In this document: positions 61,001 through 64,000 of the stretch, in pieces | How positions within the stretch are numbered: the first letter of the stretch is position 1 | Layout: the number at the start of each line of letters is the position of its first letter | Notes under the pieces: model-generated | The model's input: only the letters and a program-made list of their open reading frames with translations | Databases searched by the model: none | What the model was told of the DNA's origin: nothing | Assembly: GCA_030141605.1 (NCBI GenBank) | Contig: JAQGDQ010000053.1 | Span: forward strand, 496,001-560,000 | DNA length: 64,000 bases | Origin: Tubiluchus corallicola | Lineage: Eukaryota > Animalia > Priapulida | Direction of reading: 5' to 3' | Made by a program: the position numbers and the translations under genes

Positions 61001-63525
61001 TCTTACAATCTTGTTACAACTTAGATTTATCAGCAAGTGAACTGAAGTAGTACAAACAGCTTACTTATAAGTTGCATCAACTTCAAAGTCTTGTTTATTG
61101 TGAGTAGGCTTTAGAAAAAATGTATCAATGACTCCAATAACTCCAACACCCATGTCATTTTGCTGCAAAATAAGAGACCATTGTTACAAACAATAAACAT
61201 GGTGAAATAATTATCAATATAAAAACTTTGTCAAATAGTGCTACTCAAAAATGTAATTGAACTAGAACACAATGGTATCACAATCTTGAAAAAAGTTGAG
61301 TAACTGAACTAATGGTAGTGAAACAAAAGACTATATACCTGTTTCTGGTAACCAACTGGTTCGTAAGCTTTAACCAGTCGATTCTTGTGGTACATCATCA
61401 TTCCAAATTCTTCTTTATTTTGACTAAATCCAAATGTAATACTGACGTTTCGACTAACCTAAACAACTATTAAGGAAAATGTTTCTTATACCTCAATGTC
61501 TAATGCAGCAAAAATGATCTAACTGACACTTTGTAAAATAAAAGAAAGTAAAAAATTGTTTTATTTCTTTTCAACTTGCCAAATAAGCATAGCAAGCATA
61601 TTATAGATACACTATGAACTAACTCAGCAACTACATGCATATAGTTTATATACCTTATACAAGCAAATGGTATAATACGCAAATTCAAATCTTGAACAGA
61701 CCATAAACAGCTATTTAGACATTTTAGTATTTATCGTATAATCTCATTAAAAGTTTATAGCAAAGATAGAACTGCCTAATTCCGTCAAAAATAATCTACT
61801 TACCTAATTGTCAAAAGCAATATGTTTTAAACCAATATCAAAAGCATGTATCCCTTGTACAGACTTTGTAAAAACATGCAAACATGATAAAAAAGATACA
61901 CATTTCGGTCTATAGAAATCGGTCTTGCTTCTGCTTAAACTTTTTGTAATGAAAACTGGTCGCACTTTCTTTCCTCTCAGGATAATCTTCATGCGAGGCT
62001 TCAGGTACAAAATTTCACAGTATTTCTGAAAAGAACATACTTCATCTCTTAAACGAAAGTCATCAATGATTTTTATGCCACTAACTAAAAACAGATATAC
62101 TAATCTCACATCAAGAGAACTGCAGTTAGAAATATATTGGGTAGACAAAAAAAGTAAATCCTTTTAAAATGCCATAGAGTCGAGCATTTCTATCTAATTT
62201 ACATATAAATGTAACAAGGTAAATTAAAACCACTTCAGAACTTACACACCGAGTTTTGTTAAGATGGTCTAAAAAATAAATATCTTATGCATGACATTGT
62301 CAATGCACCTAAGAATAGATATACAGTTTGACAGGATTGACTTTATAGACGTTTTAAATTTTACTTGATTTATTCTATTCTTTTACTTAATTTATGATTT
62401 TTTCAGATGTTATAATTTTAAAGACTTACTCTGTTCACAAAAAAAGACAACATAATTATTAAACACTTCAGGAATGACAAAGGATATTGCGAAAAAAAAC
62501 TGATGCGGGAGTTTCCCAATAATAAATGGTCACGACCAGCCACTGACAATTGCCAAGGAAAATTCATGTCACTGGCCTAACATTTAGAAATATGAGAAAA
62601 ATTAGTAGATGAAGAAAATGAATAAAACAAAATTTTCGCACCCATAACCACAACACAATCATACTAATACCTAGTTTTTCCTATTTTTATGGGCTTGACT
62701 TCAATATAAAGTATAAAATGTTTATTTTTTGGACATTCTTAGCAAAAATTAATGGGATAATGCTAAACTGTTTAAAATTACCCAGTCAAATTTGCATACT
62801 AATTCTAAGTTCAGATTCAAGTATTTTTAACTAAATAACACAAAACAAAATCATTGATTTCACCCATTTCACCATAGCAAACAATACAAAAACATGTAGT
62901 CGCTTTTATAAATAATACAGACAATGGAGTTTACGAAGTGAACACTATACATTTGCAATAATATTTCAATTTGCTTTATAGAACAACCCGTGTCCAAAGG
63001 ACACGTGTTCAAACAGCCTGTGTCCAAATAACCTATGTGTCCAAAATGTTCTGTCTAAAATTGTCTGTGTCCAAATAACCTATGTATCCAAAATGTTTGT
63101 GTCTAAAACGTGTCTAAACCCCCTGCAACCATTTAGTGAGTTTTCAAGCATAACATGATTCACGAGAAGCTCGAAAATTCTATTACTTTTCACAGATTGT
63201 TAAAAAAAATATTCGCAGCAATCTTATGATTAGCTATGTACCACTCTGAGCTGCACCCACCTTGTAAGCATTTCAGGATTCAAATAAATCATGTACATAA
63301 TTAGGTCAATTAGTTCACACTTACAATGCACAAAAAAATGAAAAGTAACAAATCTCAATTTAAACATTTTTAATAAATATACATACCCTAAGTGAAACTC
63401 TGTATTCATGATACCTTTTCTTTGCTGGTGTTATAATGTACTCACTATTGTTTTCACTGAGATTAGGATTGCGAATGTCATAAAGATCAGAAAAATCTAA
63501 CTCTAATCCTATTTGATCAGGATTT
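55047..63525 (-). CDS. MORC3: MORC family CW-type zinc finger protein (MORC3/4-like); 5'-partial, covering S5-fold, CW finger and coiled coils
   Basis: Exons 63525-63387, 62025-61900, 61458-61339, 61162-61065, 60729-60625, 60407-60276, 59971-59860, 58611-58519, 58104-58025, 57453-57363, 56964-56815, 56307-56206, 55781-55047 are phase-compatible. Peptides [68 protein letters not shown]; CW finger [40 protein letters not shown]; terminal [16 protein letters not shown]. The low-complexity exons are less certain. Confidence 0.92.
62805..62975. repeat. Intragenic duplicate of 58586-58750 (MORC intron 3' end, splice acceptor and exon start)
   Basis: CTAAGTTCAGATTCA(C/A)GTATTTTTAACTAAATAACACAAAACAAAATCATTGA is near-identical at both sites. 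Similarity continues through CATAGCAAACAATACAAA and TGGAGTTTA.GAAGTGAACAC. Confidence 0.92.
62986..63122. repeat. Short degenerate tandem array of a ~15-17-bp unit (core GTGTCCAAA), probably a DNA-transposon subterminal region
   Basis: About 9 copies of GTGTC(C/T)AAA-like cores ending in AAACCCCC. Confidence 0.7.
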
Positions 63526-64000
63526 CTGGAAATTCAGAAAGATTTCCTATACAAAAACTTTGCCTTTTTCACAATTCCATGAAAATGTATAATATTAGTA
63601 CCACATACATATGATCACATACACATACATTATTATATAATCACTAGACTCATAATTATCAGCTGAATATACCTTGCACGATGATCAAGGTTTAGCAAAA
63701 CCAGGTTAAGTTTGGAATGATATAAGAATGGCAACAAATACATAGATCACAAAACGTCAATCAGCCAGAGATAGGATCCACCTCACAAATGCCAATCAGA
63801 TGCTCTAGCTGCTTAGCCACTGCCAAACCTTGAGACTTAATCCCAAACACAGCAGTATTTGCATGTGAAGCGTATACAAAAAATATACAGCTAGAATGTG
63901 TGTGTGTGTGTGCACGATAGCTTTTACTTACTGCACAAGACTTGTGAAGCTAAAATTGATTTATCAGTGTAAGAGAGTATAGAATGGTGAAGCATTGTGC

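Noticed and set aside
62986-63122. Short repeats with variable spacers, superficially CRISPR-like
   Set aside because: Units are ~15 bp, degenerate and lack unique 25-40-bp spacers. The context is a eukaryotic intron with no cas genes.

Overview
AT-rich genomic DNA from an invertebrate animal, with GT-AG introns, microsatellites and decayed transposons. No prokaryotic features, rRNA, tRNA or CRISPR were seen. Four spliced genes were reconstructed by hand: (1) RTRAF/C14orf166 (+, 7 exons, first exon not found in the window); (2) a 715-aa animal GH13 alpha-amylase (+, 6 exons) with an extra ~200-aa Cys/Trp-rich C-terminal domain; (3) a 603-aa SUSD4/SUSD6-like type I membrane protein with five Sushi domains (-, 9 coding exons); (4) the 3' part of a MORC3/4-like gene (-, 13 exons, GHKL exons beyond the window). 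Mobile DNA includes a LINE relic with a PHD + coiled-coil + 2xCCCH ORF1 and a deleted RT core, a decayed Ty3/Gypsy element with only a 3' LTR, an internally deleted Tigger/pogo element and several MITEs. I found no clearly new multi-gene system. The best leads are the amylase C-terminal domain with its Lys-type chloride site, a duplication-derived candidate poison exon in MORC, the LINE ORF1 architecture, an LC8/SUMO motif cluster in MORC, and a possible decayed exon duplicate in RTRAF. Family assignments come from motifs recognised from memory, not from database searches.
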